Shown here: in pieces, positions 1 to 12,443 of the stretch
Layout: the number at the start of each line of letters is the position of its first letter
How positions within the stretch are numbered: position 1 is the stretch's first letter
Assembly (NCBI GenBank): GCA_012026655.1
Contig: JAAILG010001192.1
Coordinates: forward strand, 1 to 64,000
From: Hydrolagus affinis
Taxonomy: Eukaryota
DNA: 64,000 nucleotides
Direction: 5' to 3'
Translations under genes and position numbers: made by a program
Notes under the pieces: generated by a model
The model's input: the letters and a program-made list of their open reading frames with translations, nothing else
Database searches by the model: none
Told to the model about the DNA's origin: nothing

Positions 1-165
1 CTGGTCACAGGCGGTTAGGATGTCATTTGTAACCTTAACCAGGGCAGTTTCTGTACTGTGAATTGGGCGAAAACCTGATTGGAGGGGTTCAAGGAGTGAG
101 TGGGTTGAAAGGAAAGAGCGGAGCTGGGAGGCAACCGCTCTCTCAAGGACCTTAGATAAAAACGG
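1..165 (-). mobile_element. L2/Jockey-clade LINE reverse transcriptase fragment
   Basis: Minus strand reads [24 protein letters not shown], a typical L2-type RT motif. Confidence 0.8.
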
Positions 166-1374
166 GAGGACTGACTCGGGCTGCCTGGGCCACTCGGCCA
201 AGAATGCTCCTGGTCGACAGGGGTGGGTAGGACTGACTCGGGCTGCCTGGGACATTTGAAGCCAAACAATATTTCTGGCTGCTGACACGTCACCCAAGAA
301 ATGACCGATTTAAGATCATTTTGAAATGGCATCACTCACTTTCAAACATTTTCCACTCTGTGCTGATTGATGTCTTTTTAGGCCCTTTCACACTGGTAGT
401 AAGGTTAGCTCGGCTCACCCCCATTAACCCAATTAGACCAAAACATTCCACCAGAGAAGCGCTCTGAGACACCCTCCGGCGTGGAGGGCTCTATTTAAAT
501 CAAAGTTGTTGTTGTTGGTATCACCCCCCCCCCACAAACTCTTAAGAGGCCCCTGATACCTGTCTTCACGACCACCTGAACAGATCAGGTGATCGGATCT
601 AATTCCTGAAAGAATATAGGCCGACAAGAGTCGATATTTAGGGACCCCAGAGTGTGCATTAAGATAACTGCTGAAGTGCAAGCTGCTAAGGTCAATGCAC
701 TTTACAGTATATTCTGCGAAGCGCTTTGAGACATCTCGAAAACGTGATAAAGTGCTATATCAAAAGCAAGGATTATTATTATAGCTTGCCATGGTCAAGC
801 TTCCCGCTGCTTGACCAGCAAGGACCTACTTACCCGTTAGGGATAGTGGCTGGCAGGGTTAATGGAGCTGAGTGGGAATTGAATTCAATGGAGAATGCGG
901 GACCCAAGAGATGGAGCTCACAGAGGTAAGAATGTGACTCTGGTTCTGGGCTTGTGTCCAGGAGGTAGCGAAGCAGTTTACATCATCTCCAAAAACTGGT
1001 TCGCGCCAAGTTCATACTGGTGGGTTTTCTAAAACCCTTTCAAGCGAACACAACTAAACCTTTTTGAAATGGAGGAGCATGCATTTGAATGCCGATCACT
1101 GGAGAGGTTGAACCTCCACCCAACACACCCACCAGGGGAAACGACTAGGTTTCAATGCTCCAATGACCTGTGACACAGTAAATCTGACAGTTTCTGGATT
1201 GCCGACGTGCTATTCTGAGTGTTTCCAGCCTCACAGCCAAAATCTTAGCAGTAGACAATGAGCTTGATTGCTTAACTAAAAGTTACGATCTCTTGACCAC
1301 AACTGATGCAATCATTCGCAGAACGGTTCCCCTGGTGATACCGAGGTGCTGAAATTTTCCATCGATAGTAGTAT

Positions 1375-2100
1375 CAATAACAACTTGCATTTATATCATG
1401 CCCTTCACATGGGATAGAGCATAACAATGGTACAGCCTGATACTGAGCCAGGAGGATGGAGCAGGTGAACATAAATACGCTCAAAGAGGAAGGTCTTCAG
1501 TCGTGATATGACAAGGGCAAAGAAGGGGAAAGGTGGAGAGATTAAGGGATGGAGTTTCAAAATTTTGGGGTGCAGGGGCTGAAAGCACGGCTGCTGATGG
1601 TGGAACAGAGAGGACGAGGGAAAAGTTGGAGGAGGTGGAGTGGGGAGTAAGCAGATCAGGGAGGTCGGCAGGTGGCAGGGCATGAGGAATTCGTAGACAA
1701 GGATCTTGAAGCCGATGTGTTCTGTGATAAGCAGCACAGTGGAGCTAGGCGAGAACTAGCATGATAAGGGTATGGAGTTTAGGGCTGGTGAGTATTCAGG
1801 TGGGGGTACAATTGATGATACACACTGTGAACAACTACAACAAATTATATTCATGCAGTGTCTTTCACATCAGGAGGACTTCCCAAGGCACTGGACAATC
1901 AAGGGTTAGCACCATGAGCTGGAGTTTCGAATCAAATGAGATGGAGGCCAAGGGAGTGTGAGGAAGGAGGATGACCGAAGACATGGTCAAAGAGGAAGGT
2001 GTGGAGATTGGCCTCGAGGGAGGCCAGGTGGGTGGGTGGGGTGGGAGGAGGGGGGTGAGGCAAAGGGGTTCTGAGATCGAGTTCCAGAGGGTGGTAGTAG
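1375..2100 (-). mobile_element. Two adjacent L2-like LINE 3' fragments
   Basis: (AAC)n-type tails at about 1375 and 1830, each followed by the window's recurring 'cttcacat..ggagga..tcccaaggc' 3' motif and a purine-rich body. Confidence 0.65.
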
Positions 2101-2446
2101 CTGATAAAGGATGGGGTTTTACAGGGAAACAGGTGGCTGTGAGTGGGTTAATTTGTGACGAGGCAGGAAGTGAGTGTGTGCATGTTCCAGCACGACAGAC
2201 AGTGGATGAGTATTGTACAACACGAGTACCTGATAATGAGTTCTACACAACAAGAGGGAAGAGAGTATTCCTTTTCTGAAGAAATGACTGATGTGTAAGT
2301 GACATTCGGCTGAGATATGCAGGATAGAAATCTTCCCATTTGGTATATGAGTTGAATCTTCTCAAATTGCATGACAGATAATTGCTACCAAGTGTGGTAA
2401 CTATATAGATATATATATAATAAGAAGAAGAATCCTTCCATTTGAT

Positions 2447-3575
2447 ATAGAACATAAGAATTAGGAGCAGAACATTCAGCCCCTCGAGCCTGCCCCATCA
2501 TTCAATAAGATCATGGCTGATCTTCCAATCTAACTCCACCTACCCACCACAGGAGCTCCTGTGGCTTAGTGGTGAGAGCACTTATCTTGCGAGCTGGGGA
2601 GACCAAGCTGGGGAGACCTGTGTTTGAATCCAGGCAGGTCAGGGCAAAACCTTGGGCAAGTTTCCTTACTCTTCACACCCAATAATAATCCACCCCCCCA
2701 AAAAACCACCATAATAAAATTGACCATTTCAATCCACGACTTTTGTGGGGGATGCTGCTGTGCGCAATTGGCTACCGTGATTCGCCCACAAATGTACAGT
2801 CAATTCACTTTACAGTATATTCTGTGAAGCGCTTTGGGATGTCGATAAGATGTGAAAAGCACCATATCAAATGCAAGGATTATTATTACCCACTTTATCC
2901 CCATATCCCTTAATCCCATTATCCATAAGAAATCTATCAATCTCAGTCTTGTATATTTTCAAGGACTGAGCATCTACAGCCTTTTGGGGTAGAGAATTCC
3001 ATAAATTCACTTCCCACTGGGTGAAGAAATTTTTCCTCAACTCAGTATGAAAAGGCTGACCCCTAATCTTAAGACTATGACCCCTAATTATAATTCTCCA
3101 ACCAGGGGAAACAGTTTCTCACTGTCTTCTCTGTCATGCCCTGTAATAATCTTTTAGGTTTCTATAAGATCACCTCTAATTCTTGTATATTCTAGAGAAT
3201 ATAGGCCTAGTTTACTCAACCTATCCTCATAGGTCAATCCTCTCATCCCAGGAACTAACCTAGTGAATCTAAGCTGCACCCCTCTAAGGCGAGTATGTTC
3301 TTTCTTAAATAAGGAGACCAAAACTGCACACAGTACTCTAGGTGTGGTTGCAGCAAGACTTCCCTACTCTTATATTCTAACCCTTTTGTAATGAACACCA
3401 ACATACCATCAGCCTTCCTAGTTGCTTCCTGTATCCGAATGCTAACACTATCTAGTCTCTCCCCTTCTAGAAAATAATCTGCTTTTCTGTTTTTACTACC
3501 TAGGTGAATAACTTCACACTTCCCCATATTATATTTCATCTGCTACCTTCTTGCCCACTCACTTAGCCTATCTAT
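2447..3575 (-). mobile_element. CR1 LINE 3' fragment interrupted by a SINE
   Basis: ORF 3539-3255 KYNMGKCEVIHLGSKNRKADYFLEGERL...PHLEYCVQFWSPYLRK matches the CR1 ORF2 C-terminus; CR1-type 3' end 'agaacataagaattaggagcag..cattcagcccctcgagcctgc'. Confidence 0.9.
2551..2888 (+). mobile_element. Full-length tRNA-derived SINE nested in the CR1
   Basis: tRNA-like head with A/B boxes, Deu-like body (tgtggg..tgctgtgcgcaattggct), (ATT)n tail; possible target duplication tacccac at 2541-2547 and 2887-2893. Confidence 0.85.
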
Positions 3576-3589
3576 ATCCCGTTACATTT

Positions 3590-3920
3590 TTTTTGTGTCT
3601 ATATAGCATCTTACCATGTCTTCAAGAAGTCTCAAAGCATTTCACAGAATATACTGCAAAGTGAATTGACTATATTTTGTGGGAAAAACGCAGCAGACAA
3701 TTGTGCACAAGTGTCCCACAAACAGTTCTTGATTGAGTAAACAAATGACTAATTATTATTTCTTTTAAAAAGATTATTATCCTCACAAAAGTGATCCGTC
3801 CATCAACTAACAACCGTGTTCCTACTTACTTCCAGGTAAACAGAGATTTGTGGAGTAAGGAAACTTGTTTGATGTTTCGCCCTGCCCAGGAATGCTCTAA
3901 CCATAAAGCCACAGGACTCC
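3590..3920 (-). mobile_element. tRNA-derived SINE (same family)
   Basis: Reverse complement of head (ggagtcctgtggc) and body. Confidence 0.75.
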
Positions 3921-6900
3921 AACACAGCTGTATGTGGCAACCAACTTCCTTTCACCCAGCATTGCCCCACAAAGAGCCAATTTAAGAGCTGCATGGGCTT
4001 GCAAGAGGTTGAATGCAGAATCTTTTGTTCCAGGTCAACCCACAAAGCTATCCGAGCGATTAGGTTGGATGAACTCACTCCACATTTATTTTAAAAGGAG
4101 AATGAAACTCCCAGCACGGGGAAGAGATTTGAGATTAATCTCTGTGGGTGGAAACAAGTGAGCACGGGTTGACAGATTTCAGTTAAAATAAAGCCAAGTG
4201 TGGCTGCAAGCAACCTTATAAAGATTTGCCTTGGATTACCTGAGCACTGCTTAACAAACTGCAAATAACAAGTGGAAGCGGATCCCAGCAGGCTGCAAAC
4301 GGGGTTGGAATACAAATTGCACTCCTGTAGAGGAGCCATTCAATAGCATAAGGAAGGAGTGTTTTTTTGGGGGAGAGATTATTATTATTATTATTATTAG
4401 ACATGTGGGGTAAGGAAACTTGCCCACGGTTTTGCCCTCTTCTTCAACGGTCCCATCGATCACCCCAAATCCCGCCCCACTTTTTCTCCTCCCACCCTGT
4501 CCCCGACCGCCAGCTTGGGTCTGAAATATCGACTTTTCAGCGCCTTGGGACATCCTCCTGACGTCAAAGGCGGTGTACAGTGTAATTTTGTTGTTGTTGA
4601 TTCAAGTAAGTTATTGATTCATAAGGTAACATTTGGTTCTCAATGGCTGATGCAATTTCCTTATTCAAATATGCATTGCTTAAAATTTACAGTAAATCTG
4701 TATTGTTTCATGATGTGTGAGAAGTTATGAGGTTTTAGCATCTTAGATTTCAGCAGTACTGTACCTCTAACCTTTGGTTCTTGCCTAATTGCTCCTAATA
4801 CTTTCCGATATTGGGTAAGCAGGTTGCTTCCCTCAGGAGAGCCAGTGCACATTCCATTCCAACAATCTATCTTTGTAATTTTACTGTGTGGGTGGCATTC
4901 ATAGGTTTGGTTTGGATTCCCTTCAGGAATGATTCATTATTATCACAGACGCATCCGTGATCTGATGAAATGAATGGTCAGTGTAAATATAAGCCTTTAA
5001 CTACAGTAATACTATAATAATAATAATAATTTTCTAAGCAACTTGTAGCACAGTAGCATTTAGTTACAAAACGATTGGGAAATCTCACAAATATCAGCTC
5101 GTCAAAGAAAAAGTTAGCCTCAGCGTTCCGATAGCACACTCTCTCTCTGTATTCAAAGTATTTCTATGGACATCAAGTTGGGAAGGAAGGAGCAAAACAA
5201 TGGAAAGTTCACATCAAGGACAAAGATATTGTCATGTGCCAACAAGTAGGAGTGAAACCAAACTAAGATAATTTTTGACAAGCCACTAGGCTGCATCTTA
5301 ATTACTGTATATTGGAAATGACTGTAGCAATAGCATTAGATGTCACTACGTTTCATGTATCATCAATGTTTCTGTGAAAAAACCTACAAACAACAAGGTC
5401 CGTTATGGAGTCTGTTTCTGAGCAATTTGACGTGAACTTCTGGTGCTTATTTTAAGCGACTTTTAATTAATTTCTCATTCTGAGCTCTTAGTACATTTTA
5501 GTGCGTTTGTGTCATTCATTTTAGAAATATCTCAAAAGGAAGAAAGATTGGGTGAAAGCGAAATTGGCCGACAAAGTCTCATAGTCCTGGGGAACAAGGG
5601 CGCCAGGTAAGATACATTGTGTTGAACACCCTGCCCACATAGAGTAAACTTCCCACGATTCTAAGTATAATACAGTATAGTGTTAATATTTTCTTTGCGG
5701 TAAAACTCGAGGAAATAGTTGATCCTGTGTTTCATTACATTAAAAAAATCCTTCCACTGTAATAATTTAAGCACAGTGCACCCACGATGGAAATAATCAA
5801 AAACAAACAAAAAAAATTACATTTAGAGAGGATCTTTCATATTGGGAGGACGTCCCAGAGCACTGAACAGTCAGGTCGGGACCTGAGCAAGGGAGAGGGG
5901 CTGGGTAGGTGGGAGGGGAGGGAGAGAGGTAGGAAGGTAGGGGGAGAGTTGGGAGGCAGCAGCAGACGGCACAATCGAACAGAGGTAATAATAACCGAAT
6001 AATAAGAATCTGAGAGTCTGTGGCAAGTGGAAAAATGGGCTGAATGGTCTTCTCTGCTGTGAACGTTGATTCTAATAGTGTAGATTATGGATAAACTAAA
6101 TAAATAAACTAATCTGGTCACTTAATCCACGATTGTTTGTGGGATGCTGCTGTACTCAATTGGCTGCTAAATTTTGCCCACAAAAGATATAGTCAATTCA
6201 TTATCCTGTACTATATTACACTATATACTATAATTCACTATACATTATAATATTCTGTGAAACGCTTTCAGATTCCTCGAAGAATGTGCTGTATCATTTG
6301 CAAGGATTATTATTATTTTATTTTAGAAAAATTAGCAAAGCCAAACAAAAAAACTAGACTAACCTATATCTTCTACACCTCAATCAATTCCTGTCAGCAA
6401 TAACTATGTATTTCCCTCTTGAATTTGCTGTGACAGTCTTCTTCCGTTCCTTCTCTATGGGATTCCATTCTGAATGCTAAAGCTCTGTTTATAAGGTAAT
6501 TAAGTCATGTCCAACAACCATTTTACTTGTGATTATCATATGCAATACGGCCCACCCCTGGCCCCAGGCATTGCTACCATTCCATGTGGAGATTTAGATT
6601 AGTTTATCAGATCCTCCCTGTGAATAGTACATCAAAGAACTTTAAGAATGATTAGTTTTTTTTATGATTTATCTTTTTTCTAAATTCAAAATCTCTAGAA
6701 ATGGGAAGATTGTCAAGATGGTCAGTAGTGGCTTAGGGGTCCCTTACCTCTTGACCGGCAAAGGTCGTTACGTGTAGGAAAACAACGCAATGAACTGAGA
6801 CAAGGAGAAGGTCGCTAATTATATTGATTGATGGGTGGTAGATCCCCCCCACTGCCAAAAGGAAGGTATTGTTAAGTCACGAAGCAAGGGGAAGGATAAA

Positions 6901-8724
6901 GAGGTTTTAAGATGTTATTCACACGAGGACTTCCAAGGGTGCAAAACACAACAAAAACGTTTACACAAAGATGCTGTGGAGCGGAAGCGATGGAAACCGC
7001 AAGTGTAAAGTCTTCCTGTAGCTAGTCTGAGCATCATTGGCAATTACTAACTTTGATTTGAAGACAGCCACTTCCTTTGTTTGTACAGTATTTAAGTATA
7101 AAAGGGTGTGGGGGGAAGAGACAGGCGTGTGGGGCCAAATTGATAACTCTTTGAAATAGCCAGCACAGGCATGATGGGTTCTGAATTCTGTGCTTTGTTT
7201 CCATGATATCAAGTTGCCATGATTTCCAGTGCTAGGCTCATGACGGGCTCCACAGAACAGTACTGAGGGAGTGCCACTTTGTCAGAGGTGATATCCTACA
7301 GACTAGTTATTTATATTAATGTTCTGTCAGTCTGCTTAGGTTGACATTAAAGAGCCAATGGTCCCATGGCACGACAACTTTCAAAGAACAGGGAGTTTGT
7401 GCAGGTTTCCTTACTCCACACGCCACTATTTAGCAAGCAGTAAGTAGGAACTGGGGGATAATAATTCCTTCCAAAAAAATTGGTCACTCAAGGCATGATA
7501 AGGCATTATATAAAACCAAGGATTATTATTATAGGTTCTCCTCGTATCTTAACAAGATTAATATCAAATCAATATTCAAGACAAGTCCAGGAATTCAACT
7601 TCTATGTAGAACAAAAACAACAACAAAATTGCATTTGCAAAGCGCCTTTCATGCTGTGAGGGAATCCCAAGGCGCTGAACAGTCAGTGAAAAATTAAGGG
7701 TTTATGTAAAATGCTTGGATTTAGTTACCTGGAGATGAGCATCTATTTGAAAGATTATCTGATTAAAGTGTTTAATTGTCTTTCTAAGGTTTCGGAGATG
7801 ATGTTAACACATTAAAAACAAAATTAGGCCATTAAAAAAAATTACATGATGTTTGCTGCCCCCATGTGGAATGAATGGCAATTTTCTTCTCCATCATATG
7901 TAGAAATGATCTAGTTTAGCAAGGTGTGTACCCAACTAAATGTATTGATTAATTTAGATGGAGGATAAAATTGTCTTACATTCTTGCTAACCAAGAAAGA
8001 TGATGTACAGTTTCAATTTGGGTCCGGGAAAATACTAATTAATAATCCTTGCATTTGACACAGTGCCTTTCATGTCTCCTACAACAACAACAAAATTGCA
8101 TTTATAGAACGCCTTTCGTGTCAGGAGGACATCCCAAGGCGCTGACGTCAAAGCACTTCACAGAATAACCTGTAAAGTTATTTTTCAGTGTGAGACACTT
8201 CAAAACAATCAAGTGTAGAGACTCTGGCTGAGTTTCTTCCTTCCTCGCATTCTATTTGTGGCATCTCTATTGGTGTCCAATATGAGATTATCCAGCTCAA
8301 CATAGACTTGGCATTGAGCCCAGGGTCTTGCTCATTTATTTGGCGAAGTTTCCACACTTTACCGAAAGAGATATTAGGGGGGAAAACTCAAAATCATTTG
8401 GTTTCTTTGTGTTGCTCACGATACCATTGTTTCCTGGACTGGGCAATGTTACTGGGAATTTGTCATCCAATGTGACCATCCAAACACTGCAGATTCCTAA
8501 TATTTGGGATTTTCGATGTCACTCTTAATGCAATGCTGTCAGATTCATTCAAAGGAGTCTTTTTTTTTCCCCTACTAAAGTCCTGCCTGGCTGTTCAAAA
8601 CCCAATCTCACAAAGAGAAGGGAGTTTCTCCCAGCACTGTATCCTAACCAGCATTTCTTCTAATTACAGTAATTGATCATTTTTCCCAACAACCCCCTGA
8701 TCTAGATTCCCCACAGCTACCAGT

Positions 8725-9226
8725 AGAGTCCTATGGCTCAGCGGTTAGAGCACTTGCCTTCGAGAGAGCTGGGTTCGATTTCATGTCGCCCACCCTACCA
8801 TCAGTGGCCAGGCTTTCAGCCTCTCTGCCCCCACACTCTGAAACTCCATCCAAAGTCCCTTTACCTTGCTTCCTCCCTTGCCTCGTCTCAAGACCCTCCT
8901 TTTCGATCGTGCCTTCTGCCGCCCTCTCACCTCTCTCCCTCACCTACCCCCTACCCTGCGCCTCCCCCATGCTCGGGTCCCAAACCCTGACTTCAGCACC
9001 TTGGGACATCCTCCCGACATGAAAGGTGCTCAATAATTGTACTTTTTTGTTATTGTTGTTTGTGGGACACCGCTGTGTGCAATTGGTTGCCGCGTTTCAT
9101 CCACACATATAGATATATATATATCTATATCTATATATAGTCAATTCACTTTACAGTATATGCAGTGAAGTGCTTTGAGACATCTAGGAGATGTGAAAAG
9201 CAATATGAAATGCAAGGATTATTATT
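8725..9226 (+). mobile_element. SINE head and tail separated by an L2-like 3' fragment
   Basis: Head 8725-8783, L2-like segment about 8785-9062 ending in (GTT)n, SINE body and tail 9060-9226. Confidence 0.75.
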
Positions 9227-10109
9227 TTTCACCACTTGACTTTTTAAAGGACTTTGCTGGGCACAAAAATGACTTCTGCATTCACTTGCAAAACATTAGT
9301 CACTACACGTGACCGTGAAATACTCTGAGATGTTTCAAGTGATAATTACTATAAAATGCAAATTATTTTGTTTCTCGGCAAGTTCTACTCTTCTGAAGGA
9401 AATAACTCAAGCCATATAAGTTTAAACGTGCCCTTAAAATTATAGCATCAGAGCAGTAGCTAAGTAGCTCCAGCTGCTTCCCACCAGTGGATACTAATTC
9501 TCACCTTTACTGTGTTACATGTTTCTCTTTCATCATTTAGTTAGAATAATTAATCAAAGGGAAGGTTGTTCCATTATCTGTTTATCCTGTCCTGGCTTGT
9601 TAACAATATTTGCATCTTTCTGCCTTGGCAGTCCAATTTAACTATTGCTCAATTACTTTCCGCCTCACATTCTGACTCAAAGTATTGAATGAAGAAGTCT
9701 AGCTTTCCTCAAGAACTCAAAGCTGCCTCCCAAATCCTTGATTATTGATGAATTAACCATCCTCGTTAATCTCATGTAAACATCAATTCTACTCAGCATT
9801 TTTGATTCAAATCCCTAAAAGGATCTCGGATATGACTGGAATTTGAATTATGCTAATAACATCTTTAATTTTCCTTCAAATCATCTGATCTTTCCACAAT
9901 TGAAACATACTTTGTGCATAACATAACATTGTGCCTTAGTGTGAAGTAAGCAAAACATGACATGGCTTCAATATGAGAAAATTCAGGGATAATCTGTCAT
10001 AGACCTAGAGTGGGATAGATCTACCAACAACAAAATTACATTTGTATAGCATCTTTCACATCCGGGGAAATCTAAATCCAAAACTTTTGAGGATGTCTCT
10101 CAAAGGTTA

Positions 10110-10385
10110 AATCCCGTCAAGGTGAAACCTTAAATAAGTTTCCTTACTCCCCGTCCACCTGATAATAATTCCTCAAGAAAAGAACAATAATAATTTGGTC
10201 ACTTCAATGCACAACTGTTTGTAGGACACTGCTGTGCACAATTGGCTGCCTTGTTTCGCCAACAGATACAGAGTCAATTAATTTTACAGTATATTCAGTG
10301 AAGTGCTTTGAGACTTCCCAATGACGTGATAAAGTTTGATATCAAATGCAAGGATTATTATTATTATTACTACTAATATTATTAG
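10110..10385 (+). mobile_element. 5'-truncated SINE
   Basis: Family body and (ATT)n tail. Confidence 0.75.
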
Positions 10386-10795
10386 TAGAGTGAAGCGCTC
10401 CAGAGCCGGGCATGAACACCCGCATAGACATAGTGGTTTAAAAGGTCCCATATTCCTGCCCTTTAAAATATAGCCAAGCACGATCTAAAGATGAGGAAGG
10501 GAGGGGGGCAAGGCGGAGCAATTGAAGAATACTGTTCCAGAGTTTCGGAGATGAGTGGCTGAAAGCGCGGCCAATGAAGATGGAATGGAGGACATGTGGA
10601 ACAAGCAAGAGGCCGCACATGAAGCTGCGTTAATACCTACAAATGAGATCCTCGTTTCCCACACTGGGGCGCTGCTTGTGATTTTTCAACGCAATAAATA
10701 TTATTACACAACCAAAAACACTGCAGATATTGAACTGGAAAAGTCAGGTTGTAACAAGTATCTGTTCACTTCAACAAACACCAGTTATTCAAACG

Positions 10796-10801
10796 TTTAT
10801 T
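10796..10801 (-). terminator. Candidate polyadenylation signal of COPS7B
   Basis: AATAAA at the end of a repeat-free AT-rich stretch about 1.5 kb after the stop; an alternative ATTAAA lies at 11104-11109. Confidence 0.45.
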
Positions 10802-12284
10802 TTTCTCTCTCCAGACGGTGTGAGTACTTATGTTGAATACAGTTCCAGTCACTGGCTGCCCTCAGGTGTAAAATCCTATATCTATATGGACATCACACCA
10901 AAATGAGATTATGCAAAGGCCAATATCCACAAACAGCAATCAAGAGTTGGAAGCCTAGTTGACATCACCCATCCCTAGTCCAGCAGTACTAAATAAATTC
11001 AACATTCCTGGTGTCACAAACAGAACTCATATCATAGCTGATGAGATATTTTGACAAGCAAATATAAAAACACCATTGATCATTACAACTCAAGTGAAAA
11101 ACCTTTAATTTTACTGAACATAGAAGCACAACACCAACCAAAAGTAAGACTTTTGCATCTGATCTGATGACTTTTTCTGCTCTTCACTGTTTTCTTTCAA
11201 TTTGTGAAACTCACATTTTCAGATATCAAGACAGGCATGCAGGTTTACCTTTTAGAAAGTAAAATGTCTAGCATTCCTTCTTGAAATAGAAAGACTAAAC
11301 GGAAGATAGACCATCAAATTAACACTGCACCATTTGGTTTGACAAAAATACACTGGTGCACTGTTAATAGAACGTTAATACTTGATCCACATATGGTCTG
11401 ACTCATACTCCATAAACAACTGTAAAAGGTGGTATCTTTGAAGTAATAATGCCACAGAAGTAAATCATCCCATTCTGTGGTTAGTCTTAGATACAAGAGT
11501 TTGAAGTGAGAAGTCAATCAGACTACTCTACAATGTTAAGAAAAACAATGGGTGATAAGATTGTCATGTCGTTCTGCTCCAATGTCATATAAATATTATT
11601 TTCTAAGTTATTAATCAGTAAACATTTTTCTTACTGTATACACATTACTGATTAGGAAGTCTCAAGTTTAGTATTCTCCGGCTAAATGTTTTCAGCAAAA
11701 CTGTAACAAGGACATCCCAATCACTTTTCAAAGCAGCTAACTTAAAAGGCATAGATCCTCATTGTGCTATTGAGGCAGTACTTTTGCAAATGTGCCAATG
11801 TTGTTCTTGTACATAACAATTAAAAAATAGATGACTTCAATTGGTTATTATGCCCTTAAATTCTTCACTAAAAATACAAGTCACACAAGTTTCCGTGAAA
11901 TTTCTTTGTATCATTGAAGTCACTAAGTGGGTCAATATGTTGAAAGCACCAATTTCACTGTAGTCCTAGCTTCAGAGCTATTAATCTACCATTTCAGGCT
12001 TTGCAGGTTCCAATGTTAACAGGAAGTCTTTCAGCACAAACCTGAATTCAGAAGGCCACTTTAAACAAGTGCCTTATTCTCTGCAAAGTATGACTCCACA
12101 ATCACCCCAGTTTTTCCTGCTATAAAAGTTGTGCTTTACAAAGAACTTAAAAAAAACTCTCAAATGAAGTCAAAAATGTTTTGGAGCATATGTACAAAAA
12201 ATGGCAAGCGACAAAGTCCTTTTTCTTTTTCACTCATCTCAACCTTCCTGTGAACAGATTCAGTAATCGTTTCCACTTCTGGCT

Positions 12285-12443
12285 CTAATGACGGCTGGAG
12301 GCCAAACCCTTCACTTTTGACAGTTTTTTGGTGGGAGGCCGCTGTTCACCAAGCTGTGGCGTATCACGGTCCATGGGATGCTGATCAGCGTCTTGGGATG
12401 AGGAAGAAGCCGTCGCTTTCAATGTCTTCTTTATATTTGCCAC
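12285..12443 (-). CDS. COPS7B: COPS7B exon 7 (last coding exon)
   Basis: [52 protein letters not shown]-stop. Summed coding exons are 795 nt = 264 aa + stop; the C-terminus is of the CSN7B type. Confidence 0.96.
   Translation of the reverse strand: MANIKKTLKATASSSSQDADQHPMDRDTPQLGEQRPPTKKLSKVKGLASSRH

Noticed and set aside
8991-9012. REST/RE1-like TTCAGCACC..GGACA
   Set aside because: Wrong half-site spacing, and it lies within the L2 3' motif
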